The notes under the pieces are model-generated. The model had not been told where the DNA came from, searched no databases, and saw only the letters and a program-made list of their open reading frames with translations. A stretch of DNA of 64,000 nt from contig JBITNC010000002.1 of NCBI GenBank assembly GCA_050084985.1, forward strand, positions 5,456,001 through 5,520,000. The letters are read 5' to 3'. This DNA is from Nageia nagi (taxonomy: Eukaryota; Plantae; Pinophyta). Each line of letters starts with the position of its first letter. Position 1 is the first letter of the stretch. Below are positions 12,601-25,257 of the stretch, in pieces. The position numbers and the translations under genes are program-made.

Positions 12601-14107
12601 AACACTTCGTTGGGGTAAAGTCGTAGGATTTAATCCATGAGGTCGCACTACCTAAGTGAATAGATCAATGAGTTGTTGCTGTCCATCTTTCAATGCTCGC
12701 ATTGTGTTAAAAAACACCAACTCTCTATTATCATTTGCCATTTTCTGTAACTTTCTTTACTCCCTTTGCTAATATCTGATCTCTCTACCGCTGGCTGACA
12801 TACACAATATTTAGACAGTTGTGCTTCTCCCATATGCTAGCCAGAGCTTGGCTTTGATACGACTGTAATATTCTTAAACAAAATTACAAAATACAACAAA
12901 TAGCACTTTTTCCAACACATAAATATTTTTGGTATTTTTATTATTTAATAGAAATCACATTCATGGAAATCCACACATCAGAAAATGAAATCCAACCTCA
13001 CAATAATAGCAGTGTGTTGTTCCAATTTGCTCATTGAGCGTTTTCGTCCCCAAGCTTGATCCAAACCTTGACTGCTATACACCACCAACTGTTAAACATA
13101 ACTGTTCACCACTTTGACTATTTCTAACTGGAAAGAAGGAAAGCCAGAGGAGAGGGGAACGTCCTCAATCTCCAGAACATTGTTGCTGACCCGTAAGCTT
13201 GAAAGGAATTCTTCTAAAATAAAAGGTAGGACAAATGAAGTAGAGACATACCATAATATAATTCAAACAAAACACTTTACTAATCACTAACACTCATTAA
13301 TTTTGTATTGACATGCATGCATTATGTCCCACTAACTGCTTCAGGATATTAATCACTTTACTAACCACTAACACTCGTTAATTCTATACTAGCAATGCAT
13401 TGTTTTCCACTAACTGCCACTGATATGCATCCATTGATTCCCACTTAATGTTTCAGGATATTTCCTACTAACATGCATTATTTATTTATTTAGTTTTAGG
13501 AAATCAGGGCCATGATATGGATTGTATATATGCATCTAGACTTGCAGGAATTGTTTCTCTTTGAGGTGATTATATAATACTTTGGGCAAGTATATAAAAT
13601 ATTAGCTTCTGGCTTTTATGTTCATGTTCCTTGTTAAAATACAAACTGTGGCCACTGAAAAGAAGACCATATTACAAGTAACACATAATGCCTCTTTACT
13701 CATAATTACTCTTTGTTGTACCTGTGAACTAGATGTTGTCACATTCATGTTTGCAGGGTTATGTAAATCAAGGTGATGTATATTCTGCAACTGGAGAATA
13801 CAGAGCTGCTGAAAATGCATATTTGTCTGCTCTAACTCTTGATCCATCACTTCGTCGCTCAAAATCATTCAAGGTATAATGTATGTATCAAATATTAAAC
13901 TAAACAAGCAAAAAATAATTTCATGACATAAAACATTCCAAACTTCTATAGCTTTGTTTTCAGTTTCAAGGTATAGGAGCAAACAATTTCTATTAATAAT
14001 TAAAAAACTTCCAAACTGAGTTCTTATTGATAAGTATTTGCTCTCTTTTACAGGCCCAAATTCAAAAACTTAAAGAAAAGATAGCTGTCTCAAATGCTTC
14101 ACCTTGA
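658..14107 (+). CDS. Thioredoxin-like [2Fe-2S] ferredoxin domain plus TPR protein, probably plastid-targeted (resembles Arabidopsis At3g17670, from memory); 6 exons, 261 aa
   Basis: join(658..922,3464..3675,4918..4967,5058..5145,13757..13873,14054..14107) = 786 nt, all introns GT-AG, frame open to TGA. Motifs IRVCQNKACTKSGS...CGCLGRCGSGPN (TRX-Fd Cys pattern), then TPR helices LKEQGNKEFEHGNAVRAEQLYSQAIDLNP / LYANRSAARLAIGD...DAKEASRIAPNW / GYVNQGDVYSATGEYRAAENAYLSALTLDP. Confidence 0.92.
5600..6251 (-). repeat. 3' LTR of the intronic gypsy element
   Basis: TGTAATATTC...GGGTCATCACA, direct repeat of 12864-13517, adjacent to the PPT. Confidence 0.93.
6254..6265 (-). other. Polypurine tract (GGGAGGGGAAGA)
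   Basis: tcttcccctccc immediately inside the 3' LTR. Confidence 0.85.
7495..9354 (-). mobile_element. Solo LTR (1.86 kb) of another family inserted in the integrase of the intronic gypsy
   Basis: TGTAAT...ATTACA termini; TSD ATGAC (7490-7494, 9355-9359); removing it rejoins DSPLAGH-TGIFKTY; TATA-like tataaaag on the minus strand at ~8260-8267. Confidence 0.88.
8388..9103 (+). mobile_element. Possible further LTR fragment nested in the solo LTR
   Basis: Starts TGTAGACGCCTAAAAATG, has a plus-strand ctatatat at ~8613 and ends ...TTTTACACA; no TSD found. Confidence 0.4.
12851..12862 (-). other. Primer-binding site, tRNA-iMet type (degenerate)
   Basis: Minus strand TCGTATCAAAGC versus consensus TGGTATCAGAGC, 1 nt from the LTR end. 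Confidence 0.8.
12864..13517 (-). repeat. 5' LTR of the intronic gypsy element
   Basis: Direct repeat of 5600-6251, roughly 85-90% identical by eye. Confidence 0.93.
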
Positions 14108-14926
14108 ATACACTGCCATACAGATAGGTAGAATTATGCCTTTTGACACAGAGAACTGTAGGATGAATGAGTCTCGGGGTTAGTTTTTCAACACAAATAT
14201 GTGAAGCTCATTTATGCCATTGAATGAAGATGATCTGTTTCTATTTCAAGGTCTAATAACTCATTTCATTGACGTTACATGAGAACTCATGACAAACTAC
14301 TAAGAATTATAAGTTTTGACAAATAAGGGTTCCCCAATTAGTAGTTGCATAAAGTGTACTTGAATGATGATCTTCACAAAATGTCCTCCAATATGTGGTG
14401 GTTGAAATAATGTCAAACATGAAATCTGGAGGATGAGAAGCAATTGCACATGTAAAGCACGGAAGAGAACAAGACATTGAGTAGGCAATAATAATTATGC
14501 TTTTGATCAAATGCTTCACTGACATAATCTTTTTAGTAATTTGATTTTATGCTTTCGTATTGTAGTTTGAAGCAAGATATCATTTATACATCAATCTCTC
14601 AGTGACCAGTTCCAGATGTGGTGCAGTTCGTAAATATTCCATTGTATCGCAAATTGTATTCATTCTTTAAAATTCTCTTTTTTACAGTCTTTACCTACAA
14701 TCAAGACATTATTGCCAGAATGCTTTTCCCTTTTTTTTGATCTATTTGTGTGTAGTTTACCAATTCTTTCAACCCTTGCGATGCCTGTTGTCCTTGTATT
14801 TTTGTGTGTTGTAGGATTATATATGAAACATTGACACCATATAACAAAGCTTGGACTCCAAGAAAATCGAACATATAACTTGGATCTCTAGAAATGCATA
14901 GGCTTCGTTATGGACAAGACTCACAA

Positions 14927-15042
14927 GACACCCATAGTTAATTCATGATCTTAGAAACTTTAGATTATTTAAGGAGACATCTAGCCATAGTTAATCCATG
15001 CACTAAGAAACTATAGATTGTTTAAGGAGACATCCAACCATG
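14927..15042. repeat. ~52-bp tandem repeat, 2 copies
   Basis: ccatagttaat(t/c)catg....agaaact(t/a)tagatt(a/g)tttaaggagacatc occurs twice. Confidence 0.75.
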
Positions 15043-16309
15043 GCTGTTACTGCTATATGGATATAGACAATATCTTGACTAAATGCCACCTTTCAAACAA
15101 AAATCAGCTCCAACAGTAGTGCTTCCATCCTGGAAATTGTTGGCATCCCTTGTAATCTGCCAACTACAGCTAATCTTTTTACGTTTGAATTCCCCAATCA
15201 TAGGGATATAAACAAAGTGATTTCCAAACTGACTGTTACAAGAAAATAGTTGGAACAATATATTCATTCAAGGACTTTTGAGGAATTCAGTAAAATAAAA
15301 TATCTAGCCAGTCAGGCCTAGCTCTTTTTGATGGCATTGTCGAATGAAATCTGTTACCACCTCAAGTTTTGAGTTAAATTTGTAGACATATTTAGAAATT
15401 TATTGAATAGTGTCTAGATTAATCTTAAATGAATTTTTGCAAAAATACATTAAAAACAAAAAATTTCCTCCAAAAAATTCTAAAAATGAAAAAATAATTA
15501 AAAAGAAACAAAAAGCAAAAGAAACCATTCAACAATCAATAAAAATTAAAAAATAACTCAAAAAAATAAAAAATAAAATAAAACCCAAAAAGTAAACAAC
15601 AAATATTAAAACTAAAAAAATAAAAATTAAGAATGGCAAAAAAAGTAAATTAGGGTTAGACAAGCAAAATCCTAATCCTTGCCTATAAATACCTTTAACT
15701 TTGACTCTTAATCATTTTAAACAATCTGAAGAAAGTTCTAATTTTAGATTTGATCAAATCAATTTCGTTTTGGGTAAGGGTGATTTATTTCAATTTCCTT
15801 TTTTGAAAGTGAAGGTGATTCGTTTTAATTTCAGATGGATCTTTCCAATTTAATTTTTTGTAGAAGTTGGTGGGTTTTTTCTAAGTTTTTTTTGAGGGTG
15901 AAGTGACTTGTTTTAAACTTTATTTTTTTGAAAGTAAAAGTGACTCTTTGAGGGCGTGTCATTTCAGTTTCTTTTTTTCATTTGTTAAGGAAAATGAATT
16001 TTTTTTCCAAAACAAATTCATCCACATGACTAAAAGTTAAAAAGGACACCCACTAAGTTTTCACCTGTATGATGGAACAAGATAACTTGTATAATATGAT
16101 AATTTCAGTTACCAAAAACATGTCGTTCATCTCCAGGCATTGAATTTGTTCTACCAAATGCAACGACAACAGTATTACAATTGGATCAATTCATCATTTT
16201 CAACACCCTCAAATCATACAGACCAATCTGGAGAATCTGCAACAGGGTTTATACCTACATCAAAGCCTCCTTAAAAATGAATTTCTGTCACATATCACGA
16301 TTGTTAGAA

Positions 16310-17010
16310 CCCCAATCGACATGTATGTAAAATGCGAGAGTAGAAGACCCGCGTACTGTTTTACATGAAGCTAAGCTCGTGCTATTTGATAAGGCGCAAC
16401 AGAGAAAGGCCACGGGCTTCTTGAATGCACAGAAAGAAAAGTCATGACCGTATTCAGATTGTTTGTTGGTGTCTCTCACACTTTCTTCCTACAAGAAAAT
16501 ACCCACATCCTCTACGCTACCCATTCATCTCCAATGTTGCATTCTGTAAAGAAGGACATCTCAACAAGGCTGTGCATACGCTAAAGAAGGCGCGCAAATT
16601 GTTTGATGAGATGCATGACGCAGAAACAGTTTCATGGCGTGCAATAAACGTAAGATAAGCTCAAAACGGATATGTTAAAGGGATTGGTGAATTGTTTGAC
16701 AAAATACCTTAATGAAATGCAGTCTCGAGGATCATAGAATAGACCCAAAATGGATATGTTGAAGTGCCCATGAATTATTTGATAAAATGAAGGATATAAT
16801 CACCATCTCTGAAATACAAGGATCGCAAGATAGGCGCAAAACAGATACGAGAAGGGGCCTGTGAATTGTTCATTAAAATGCCTCATCCTGTGCAGTCTCA
16901 TCGCTTTGTGACGCCATCTCGTCGGATGAAAGGGCCTGTGAATTGTTTATCAAATTGCTTCATCGCGTATTGTGTGATGCCATCTCATGGATGAAAGGGC
17001 CTGCGATTTG
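16310..17010 (+). pseudogene. Degenerate PLS-class PPR gene fragment
   Basis: IDMYVKC..VED.RTV (16315-16370); AFCKEGHLNKAVHTL; KARKLFDEMHDAETVSW.A....*AQNGYVK..GELFDKIP; QNGYVE.AHELFDKM; stops and frameshifts throughout. Confidence 0.8.
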
Positions 17011-17259
17011 TTTAACAAAATACATAACTTTTACATCGAGATTTTGTTTTCATTACCGTTTGAACCATTGGAAATGGGCAAAAGAAATCTTTGACTCAAA
17101 GACATTGAGATTGGATTTCAAAATACTATATCTCTTCATATATGAGAGGGAAGTTTTAGATTAAAATAACATATCATTTATGCTTTATTCATTCGATAAA
17201 TCTTGATTATTGATTGATTCAATTTTGCAATGAAGTCACAATTTGAAGCTTTTGCTCAC

Positions 17260-19589
17260 TGTACATTGAAGCATTGTTGTTTGTACTCTCTTTCCATGTA
17301 TTGGATGATTAGCAGGATGGACATAAGGAGAGCTTTCAAGGTGATCACAAAGTTAACAAAGAGAAACTTAATTGAATTAGAGAAAGATGGAAGAATGATG
17401 TGGGAATTGAATTTCAAAGATGACACGGTCAAGATTAGGGATGCAATTTGGAATCACCAGAAGGAGAATTTCACACATATAATTGTTAATTTTGAAGAAG
17501 CAATTAAAAATTTTACTATCGAGAATACTGCACTGGCTATCTAGATAGTTCTTTGGTTGAGTTAGTATTCTTTTGATTTAGTTTTTAAGATCAATTCTTT
17601 AGTTGATGGTTATGTTGAATCTTTTAATTTCATTTTTTTACTTCAATTAGTTAGTTGAGTTAGTTAGTCCTCAAAGGTATATGAGGTTTAGTTGAGAAGG
17701 CAATTAAGGTTTTAGTAGTCGAAAGGTCATAGAAGTTGGGAAGTCATGACATTTGAAAAGATTAATGTTTTTTGTAACTGCCCAATAGTATTATAAATTA
17801 GGGTTGAATAATTTGTGTAACAAGGATAACATTATATCAATAAAGAGATCATTTTTCTTTTATCTTGTGTTGTTCATTTTTTATGAGATCATTTTGAAGA
17901 TGAAGATTAAGAATACAAAGCTTTATGCAATAATTTTGCCTTTACTTTTGAATTGATGTTCTTTTATGTGTTTGTCAAGTTCTAACATTTAACTTGTGAA
18001 AATAGATGAAGTCTTATGAAAACTATGCAACAATAGATATCATCTTGAGAAGAGACATACATGTGGTGAATTTGTATCTTTAGTATGAAACCAAGCGAGC
18101 AAAACCATTGAAAGAAATAGAACTCAACAATTTAACCAATTATGTAGTTGAATTAGATAGAGTTCTCTTGTAAGAAATATTCAACAAGAGTTATCTCTTA
18201 TGATAAAGGAATTCTTTGTGAAGGGAAATGTGATTAAAGTTGTCACACTAGTTTGAAGACAAATGTAATATATTGCTTGAGGACCACCTTGTAAAAAAGG
18301 AGGTTTTTTAACCCTTTATTGCTCTTTTTTTTCTTGACAAAAAGTGGTTAATAGGAAATGATAAGCCTTGAACTTTGAAATGTTTTGAAAGTTTTGGCCA
18401 AGAGAAGTTGCTAGGCTCGCTCCATTTTGTTAGTCACTTGGAATTTTTTTTCAATGCAAATAAAACCTTGAAATTTACCCTCTTTTGGAAAGGGAATACT
18501 TGGATGAAAATCTACATTGTTTGGTGCATAAAGTCCTGACACATTTTATTGAATTAAAAATAAAAAAAAATGTATTTGTAAAGAACAAAGTGGATTCCCA
18601 CACTAATCATGAATGACAATGAAGATGATCATCAACAAGGAGGAATCCCTTGCCCTTAGATGGCTAATTCAGGTCCTCTAAACCTAACATGGGAAAAGCA
18701 TAAGTTGCCTAAAGATATTAAAGATATACTCCTATTTTTAGACACTTCGACAAAAGAACATTTAAATAATTTCGATACTTTTTATGGTTTAATTGTTGCT
18801 GAACATGAAGTTTTAGTGATTTATCTTTTTATTTGAATTTTTACTAAGGAAGCCTTACAATGGTACAATTTGTTATCTCAAGGTATTCAAGGATGAAATG
18901 TTCTAATCAACACTTTTATCAAAAGACTCAAAAGTAAGGTGATCAAAATAAAATTAATCAATGAATGATTTCATATAAAGAAGAAAGAGAATGAAAAGGT
19001 TGTTCAATTTGTGGATATATTCAACAAACTACATAAGACAATACCACAAAAGCTTAAACTTGTTGATCCTTTGAAAAAGTGTTTTTTTCATGAACACACT
19101 AGCACTTGAATTATCTTATGCAATCAATTGTTGTAGCCTAACAAATTTAGATGATGCCATAGTTGAAGCAGTCAAACATGAATAATATCTTTTAGCCTAT
19201 GGAAAGTGGAAAAGACCTAAAGGATCTAGTTGGAAGAAGGAAGAAAAAGCTGAAGTTATTAAGAACAAAGCTGAGGAGGAACAACTCATGAGGCATCATG
19301 TGAACCCAAACATCCAAGATAACCAAAAGATTCAATAATGTTTTCCTAACAATCAAATAAATAATCAAGGGTTTTTAGATTATTTAATGAATGATAATGG
19401 GGAAATCTCTACCATATTTTGTCAAGAAAGAGTAGAATAATTAAGAAGATTTTTGGTAATGACGAGAGCCTAAGAAGTTTTGGTTGAGTGGAACGACAAT
19501 ATTCATGCACCATTACATATTGTGATATATGTCACATGGAAGATCATGAAATGGAGAATTGTTTGATAGCACAACAAATTGTTGAAAGT
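17260..19589 (+). mobile_element. Old non-chromovirus gypsy remnant: LTR-like region plus degenerate gag
   Basis: TATAAAT at ~17792; gag-like GPLNLTWEKHKLPKD, EHEVLVIYLFI*IFTKEALQWY (18660-18880); perfect CCHC knuckle CDICHMEDHEMENC (~19520-19562), cut at 19590; left boundary approximate. Confidence 0.65.
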
Positions 19590-20248
19590 TGTCGATGTTA
19601 AAATGCATACCTAGTTGTGGTAAGCTAATGCTAAGTTATATTAATTATGAGCAAAGTAACTTAATAGCTTATGATGCATAACAAATAAGATTTGCAAATA
19701 ATGATAACTTGGAATAGTAAATGATCCAAATAAAATGCCTTGTAACCTATGAGATAATGGATTATAGATGCATACCTTACCTTGTTGATGCAGATATTCC
19801 CAAAAGAAGCTTGATAGATATTGAGGCTCATATCCTTGACTTCAGAGTGATGACACATGTAATCTAACATTAGCGTTATTGCTGGGGATCCTGAGATATA
19901 GATCGCAAGGTCTAGAATTGATGTCAGTTGAAGTCTAACAATCCAATCTCAAGAGGTGGTGCCTAAAGACATCGACAAGTTTGTGAGAGATATGAAAAAT
20001 CCAATCGAGATGAAATCTCACAATCATTCCATGTATATGTTTCTCTATTTATAGACATAAGAGATTAATTGAAAGCACCATTACATCCTACAATCGATGT
20101 CGACACTCCTTTGCACAAAATAAGAGAAACATGCATAAAATATAGCTTAGGTGGACCTTTATTGATAATAACATATAACATTATGTCATATAGATCATAA
20201 TATCCTAAGTGTCATATGAAAACTAGTTTGGTCCCAAAAAGGGTGTCA
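19590..20248 (-). repeat. LTR copy A
   Basis: Colinear with 25261-25973 (e.g. ttgtggtaag..atgctaagttata, atggattatagatgcatac, aactagtttg..ccaaaaagggtgtca). Confidence 0.8.
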
Positions 20249-20259
20249 TATTAGGTTTC

Positions 20260-22290
20260 ATTTCATTAATGCTTACAAAGAGAAAGAGAGAAGAAAAAAG
20301 AAACTTCCATGAATTTGGTATAACTTTGAATCGATAATTTATTTGGTGATGTATTATGCCCCTCTTTGCATTGATTGTTGTGGAAGAAATGATCATCAAG
20401 AATCAAGTGCAAAGAACCTATTAGAAAATATAAATACCTTTCAAAGATCATAATCTAGAAAATGAGACATGCAATAAACCCTTATGATTTTGAATTAGTA
20501 CCTCATTGGACTATGAATTGATCTCCTCCATAAGATGATGGGTCTAGAGATGATGATGATGATGATGATGAGTGTGACATGTAGGGTGGGGGACATGGAG
20601 GTGGAGGATGATGGTGATGATGGTCATGAGGATGCTCCCAATGTGGATCCTATAGGTACCTATATGGTAGATGTGGAGGGTACTAAGATCCTAACGGGAA
20701 TCTCACTCACTAATCCCACTAATCATGTTGATGAACTATTTATGCAAAATGTTAGCTTTACAAACATATATATGCATTTATCTCATATGGCCAACATGTA
20801 TGATATGTTGGTATTTTCTTGCATCTAAGTTGAAAGAACAATTTTATGTATTGCAAGAAGAATTAAATGCGAACAAAGAGGAGTTGAGTGCACACAAATA
20901 AGAATTGACCAAATTGGAAGTAGTCATAATGAGCAAAGATGAAGCAATTAAGGCCAAATATGAAGAGCTTGCATCGAAAGAAGAAGAATTGACAAATGTA
21001 AAAGAACAACTAGAAGTGCAAAAGAAGATGACTCAAGATATGATCAATGTATTAGACGCAAACCAAAAGAATAACATGCTTTTAGGATTCATTATATAAA
21101 AATATAGTTGAACAATCAATTACTCTAAAGTAAGAAGAAAAATAAGTAATACGATCACACAAAAAGGAGAAGAAAAGATGTAATATGGTTCATCCAATGT
21201 AGGCTACATCCACGAAGAATGTTCAACCCCTTGATTAATTAGTCCAAGCCACCAAAAAGAAACAACCAACAACCAAGCAATTGTACCTTCGTCTTTGGTT
21301 TATAAGAATTTTTCACCTACAACAATCTCTCTTAATAAGGATTCAATCTCCTCTTCTTATTTCTCACAACTATGCAAATTTTCCAATCCCATTTCCAAAA
21401 ACATTCCAGTTCTATAATAGATTACACATCCATATATAGATTTATACAATCTTATTTTTACAATCACAATTAGAGTAAAATTACAAATCTAAAATTCACC
21501 ACCCATACAACCTCAATTTTACACATTTAGAATAGCCCAAAATCGAGTTTCCAAACCCAAAATAAAGTTCTCCTATCTTTGTTTTACAATCAACCACCAT
21601 TAGGTTGAATGAGTTGTCGGGATCGGTTGTCACCAAATCGATTGAAATAGAACCCTCGATTGACTAGTCAACTGATGTGGTCAACCTCCTATGTATCGAT
21701 TGAACTTGCAGATCGATCCCTTGCTTGCCATTTCGGATTTACCGATTGAACACTATACATGCCAAATGTGAACCAAAGAGTTGAATTTTTCCACTTGCCA
21801 ACGAATCAAACTCCATTCCTGACACATGCTTGGTGTACTTTAGGAGGTACAAAAATATGCATCAAAGAATCAAAAATTGGCTCCACACAATCAATATTTA
21901 GATAGTCAAATTTATGTACTTGAGCATGAGATGGGCACATAATTCCCAAGCATGTATATATCTAGGTCTAGGCCCACTACAAGAAAGAGAAAAGGACACA
22001 ATGAACATAGTGTTCACGGTGATGAGAAGAGCACCTAGATTGATGTATTTTATACCTTTTTGAGCCATAATGACACATATGAGACCATTGATGCTTTGTG
22101 GACTCAAAAATTGTTTCATGTTCATTTGTATGTTTTTTCAAAATTTGAATGTTTTTATGTAGTTTTTGTAATATATGAATGATCAAATGCATGACTTATA
22201 AGAAAAAACTAATGTGCCCAAGTGCTAGCGCTTGAAGAGAGTATGAAAATACATCTAGGGATATGATCAAGACAATGGAAGACACCTTTT
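20260..22290 (+). pseudogene. C-terminal part of a PMD-associated gene (acidic tract plus coiled coil), interrupted by a solo LTR
   Basis: Reverse-complement homolog of 26400-27500 (tatgattttga.ttagtacc..attgga.tatgaattg; EDAP.V...DVEG.KIL.GI..T.P); coiled coil KDEAIKAKYEELASKEEELTNVKEQLE. Confidence 0.7.
21080..21824 (-). mobile_element. Solo LTR (745 bp)
   Basis: T(T)TTAGGA...TCCTGACA termini; TSD CATGC (21075-21079, 21825-21829); the flanks rejoin to match the uninterrupted homolog at ~26460-26490. Confidence 0.85.
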
Positions 22291-22779
22291 GTAAAAATAA
22301 AATATGAAACAAACATTTTTGTGACCATATTTAGATGATTGTGTAGGTTTTTTGGATTTTTAGGAAAAAATCAAACTTTTATTTTTCAATGCAAGGAATG
22401 AAGATTTTAACGTTTTCTTAATGATGCAAAATCACACCTAGCAATTGTTTTGATGAGAATACCCTAAATGACTATTGTTGACACTAGGATACATATGTAT
22501 AATACACTCTATTTTTGAATTTTGCATTTATTCAAATAAAAAATAACGAAATAAAGTAAGAAAAATGACAAGTATAATGCCTATGAGGGATTGCACCTCT
22601 TTTGCATGCTCTTTGGAATCCTTCCACAAAATTCATTGACCTATCTAGATATTTTGCTTTGAAAAACTAAGGGAAAAGATTTTTGTAGATCCTCAAATTC
22701 ATGTGTTGCTCATGTTGAGGTCCGTTACTCTTTTCTTTTGATGCTTTTCAAGGAGGAAATGAAATTTTCCCAATATCCA

Positions 22780-23620
22780 CTAAGTCTTGGGTCTTGTTCT
22801 TCAATATTAAGCAATCTTTTGTTAAATGACCTCTCTGTCCATGATAGTTACAATAATGCTTATATTGAATATGAGGATCAAATTTGAGATCTTTAGTTGG
22901 AGGAGTAGGTAGCACCAAGAGCTTTTCTTGAGTATGTGAGCCACTACTTCATTAATGCCATCATATATAATAGTGAATTTTATTAGTTTTCTTAGGTACC
23001 TTGTTGACTTCTTTGTCTTTATCCGTAGTTTCCACAATGATAGGCTTGGGTTGATTTTCTTTTTGTCTTAGGTAAAGTCTTAGCCTTCTTTTAATTTTTC
23101 AGTTCCCATAGCTTATAAAAAATCCTTATTTTTCTATAACTTTGTGAATAAAAGTATGTAATAACAACTTTCAATAATCAAAACATAATATCTTGATTTT
23201 TTATTGTAATCATTGGATGAATGCTTCAAGCTTTTGTTTATCATCAATGGTAATCTTGTTAGCATCTTTTTCAATACATGATGAAGTCTTTAATTATTTT
23301 CCATTCCCTTTGCTTGAGGAAGCTTATTAAACCATTGAAGAATATTTCTCTTCAATGTGAGGGGAAATAACTTAGCATGTAAATCCTTTTTCAATGTGAT
23401 TATTGAAACTTCATCTTAATAAATGTGGCTATGTAACCTTGGATCTTGATGGCCTTCATATTTTGTGAACTTCAAACTCTTCTTTATATCCACGACAATT
23501 GCTCTTATTCTATGATAAAATGGATTTCTATCTTCTTCTTGTTGAATACCTTTATTGTTTAAAGCCATAGATTCCTGAATCTTTTTGATAAGCACATTCA
23601 TTTGTAGATAAGGAACATAT
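22780..23620 (-). pseudogene. Degenerate Tat/Ogre-type gag
   Basis: LKFTKYEGHQDPRLH (PKFDKYDG..DP..H motif) and knuckle YCNYHGQRGHLTKDCLILKNKTQDLVD. Confidence 0.8.
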
Positions 23621-25244
23621 TTCTCTATTTGAATAACTTCATGCTATTATAAATGTCTTTTTAGAGTACTAAAGATTTGGAAATCTCCCCTCTTACTATA
23701 TTTGTCTTTAACTATCTACTATAAGATGATTGTAAAAGTTTTATCCAACTACATAGGTGACAACATCATTAATGCTTCATCATCATGTCTACTAAGTATG
23801 GTAGCCTTTACATCATTTTCTTCTTTTGACCAACTGGGGAATTGTTGCATAACTATACTAAGACAATGATGAAACTATGCTTTTTGTTATGGATCTATAT
23901 TAGAATCATCGTCCACTAACATTGGTCCTTTGTATTTTGTAGAAAAGATAACTATTTTATCATCATGATATTGATGCATCTTTTCTATAAATGACTTAAA
24001 AAAATGTACCTTTTCATCAAGCGATAGTTGGTCGTAGTAATCACTTTGCCAACTACTGAGGAATTTATGCTTGATTTCATTTGCTTGATCTGTCTAATGA
24101 GGATAAGGTTCCAAAGCTTGATGAAACATTCTTTTGAGTTCCTCATTTTTATCTTCAACTTCAAGATCAATGTCATCATTGAAAATAATTTTTCATCTTC
24201 ACTTGCACCTTATAGTTCATGGGCATACATATAATCTTGTTTTTATTGGAGCAAATCACCCAAGGTTGCTAGAGTACTAACCCCAACTAGGAAACATTTG
24301 ATCTTTTATTACTACAATTTCTATTTCTATCAAAGTTTTCTGATTTAATTCTTCAACCATGACCTCATGTTCAATACAAATCATAGTGCTAGTGTTGAAG
24401 GTAGCGTCAATGCTAGGCATAAGACATTGAAAGTTGTATCATCGAATGAGTCTTTATTTCTTGCAAAAAATGCTCTTTTGAATATTAGGTGTGATTGTCA
24501 TAACATTCGAACTACTATGCATTTGAATTTAGTGCATTAGTGATTCACCATAGGTCATTCTTTGTTTGATGATATTGTCAATTTCTAGGGCATCAATAAT
24601 ATAAGTTTTTTATAGCATTGATGTCTCATGAAGCATCTTGATAGTGGTAGATTTCTCTTTTCAAATCTCATATCTCAAGATATCATCATTTTCACTAATA
24701 ACCTTTAAAATTTCTTGATTTGTTGATGAATTTTTATCCATCCCAAGTCCTTTTGTTCCATATGGTTCATTATTGCTTTGAATACCTTACACTACCATTG
24801 GATTGGTAGATTTTTCTATGCTTATATCTTGAGCTGAAAAAGAACCCCTAAGTAATCTTTGATCCCTTGGTGTTTAAAATTCTTCATCTTGGGATTCCTC
24901 ATTAGTTTGAACTCCTTGATCCATTGTTCTCCTAAGAGAATCTTCTATGGAGCTTTCTACATCAAATATACCTTGATCATTGCCTTCTTATGAGGAACTA
25001 TCAATCTGATTAGGTATTTCTTGCTGATGTTTGAGTTGCAACTTTGCACTCTTTCTTTTGAAGAAAGTTTATGTTTCTTCCTTCCACGTACAATGTTAGT
25101 ATCTTCACCAAATACATTTGCAATATCTTTTCCAAAAACATGGTGAGGCCTAAGCATAATAATGAAAGGAATTTTTTGTAATAATTGAAATATTTTAAAA
25201 TATTTTTTTCAAACCTCAATTTGAAGATTTATGAAATAAAAAGA

Positions 25245-25257
25245 GTTGGGTTCACCA
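25245..25257 (-). other. Primer-binding site complementary to the tRNA-Trp 3' end
   Basis: Minus strand TGGTGAACCCAAC, 3 nt from the LTR end; plant tRNA-Trp complement (from memory) TGGTGAACCCGAC. Confidence 0.7.

Larger units (their letters stand above)
6280..12740 (-). pseudogene. Disrupted gypsy gag-pol
   Basis: gag ARAWIQKLNTYF/AVLHLKGVAHEWW (11894-12289); CFTCKDPWTPSHHC; protease VALIDGGATHNF (~11320-11350); RT YRSLNKKTIKNRYPIP...FFDDILIY (10286-10702); RNase H FIIECDAS...IYDKEML (9682-10038); integrase DSPLAGH|TGIFKTY and FHVSCLK; chromodomain-like EVLVQ*KRIPSEDATLE (~6320-6370); many stops and frameshifts. Confidence 0.93.
5600..13517 (-). mobile_element. Ty3/gypsy chromovirus-type LTR retrotransposon, both LTRs present, degenerate, antisense within intron 4
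   Basis: LTRs 5600-6251 and 12864-13517; 5-bp TSD TGGAT (5595-5599, 13518-13522); iMet-like PBS; PPT; domain order gag-PR-RT-RH-INT-chromo. Confidence 0.95.

Noticed and set aside
15079-15267. Coding-looking patch downstream of the TPR gene
   Set aside because: None of the frames I translated gave a recognisable protein
17230-17544. 104-aa ORF
   Set aside because: Lies in LTR-like sequence and has no protein motif
20535-20828. Poly-Met ORF
   Set aside because: A shifted reading of the (GAT)n acidic tract of the PMD-associated pseudogene
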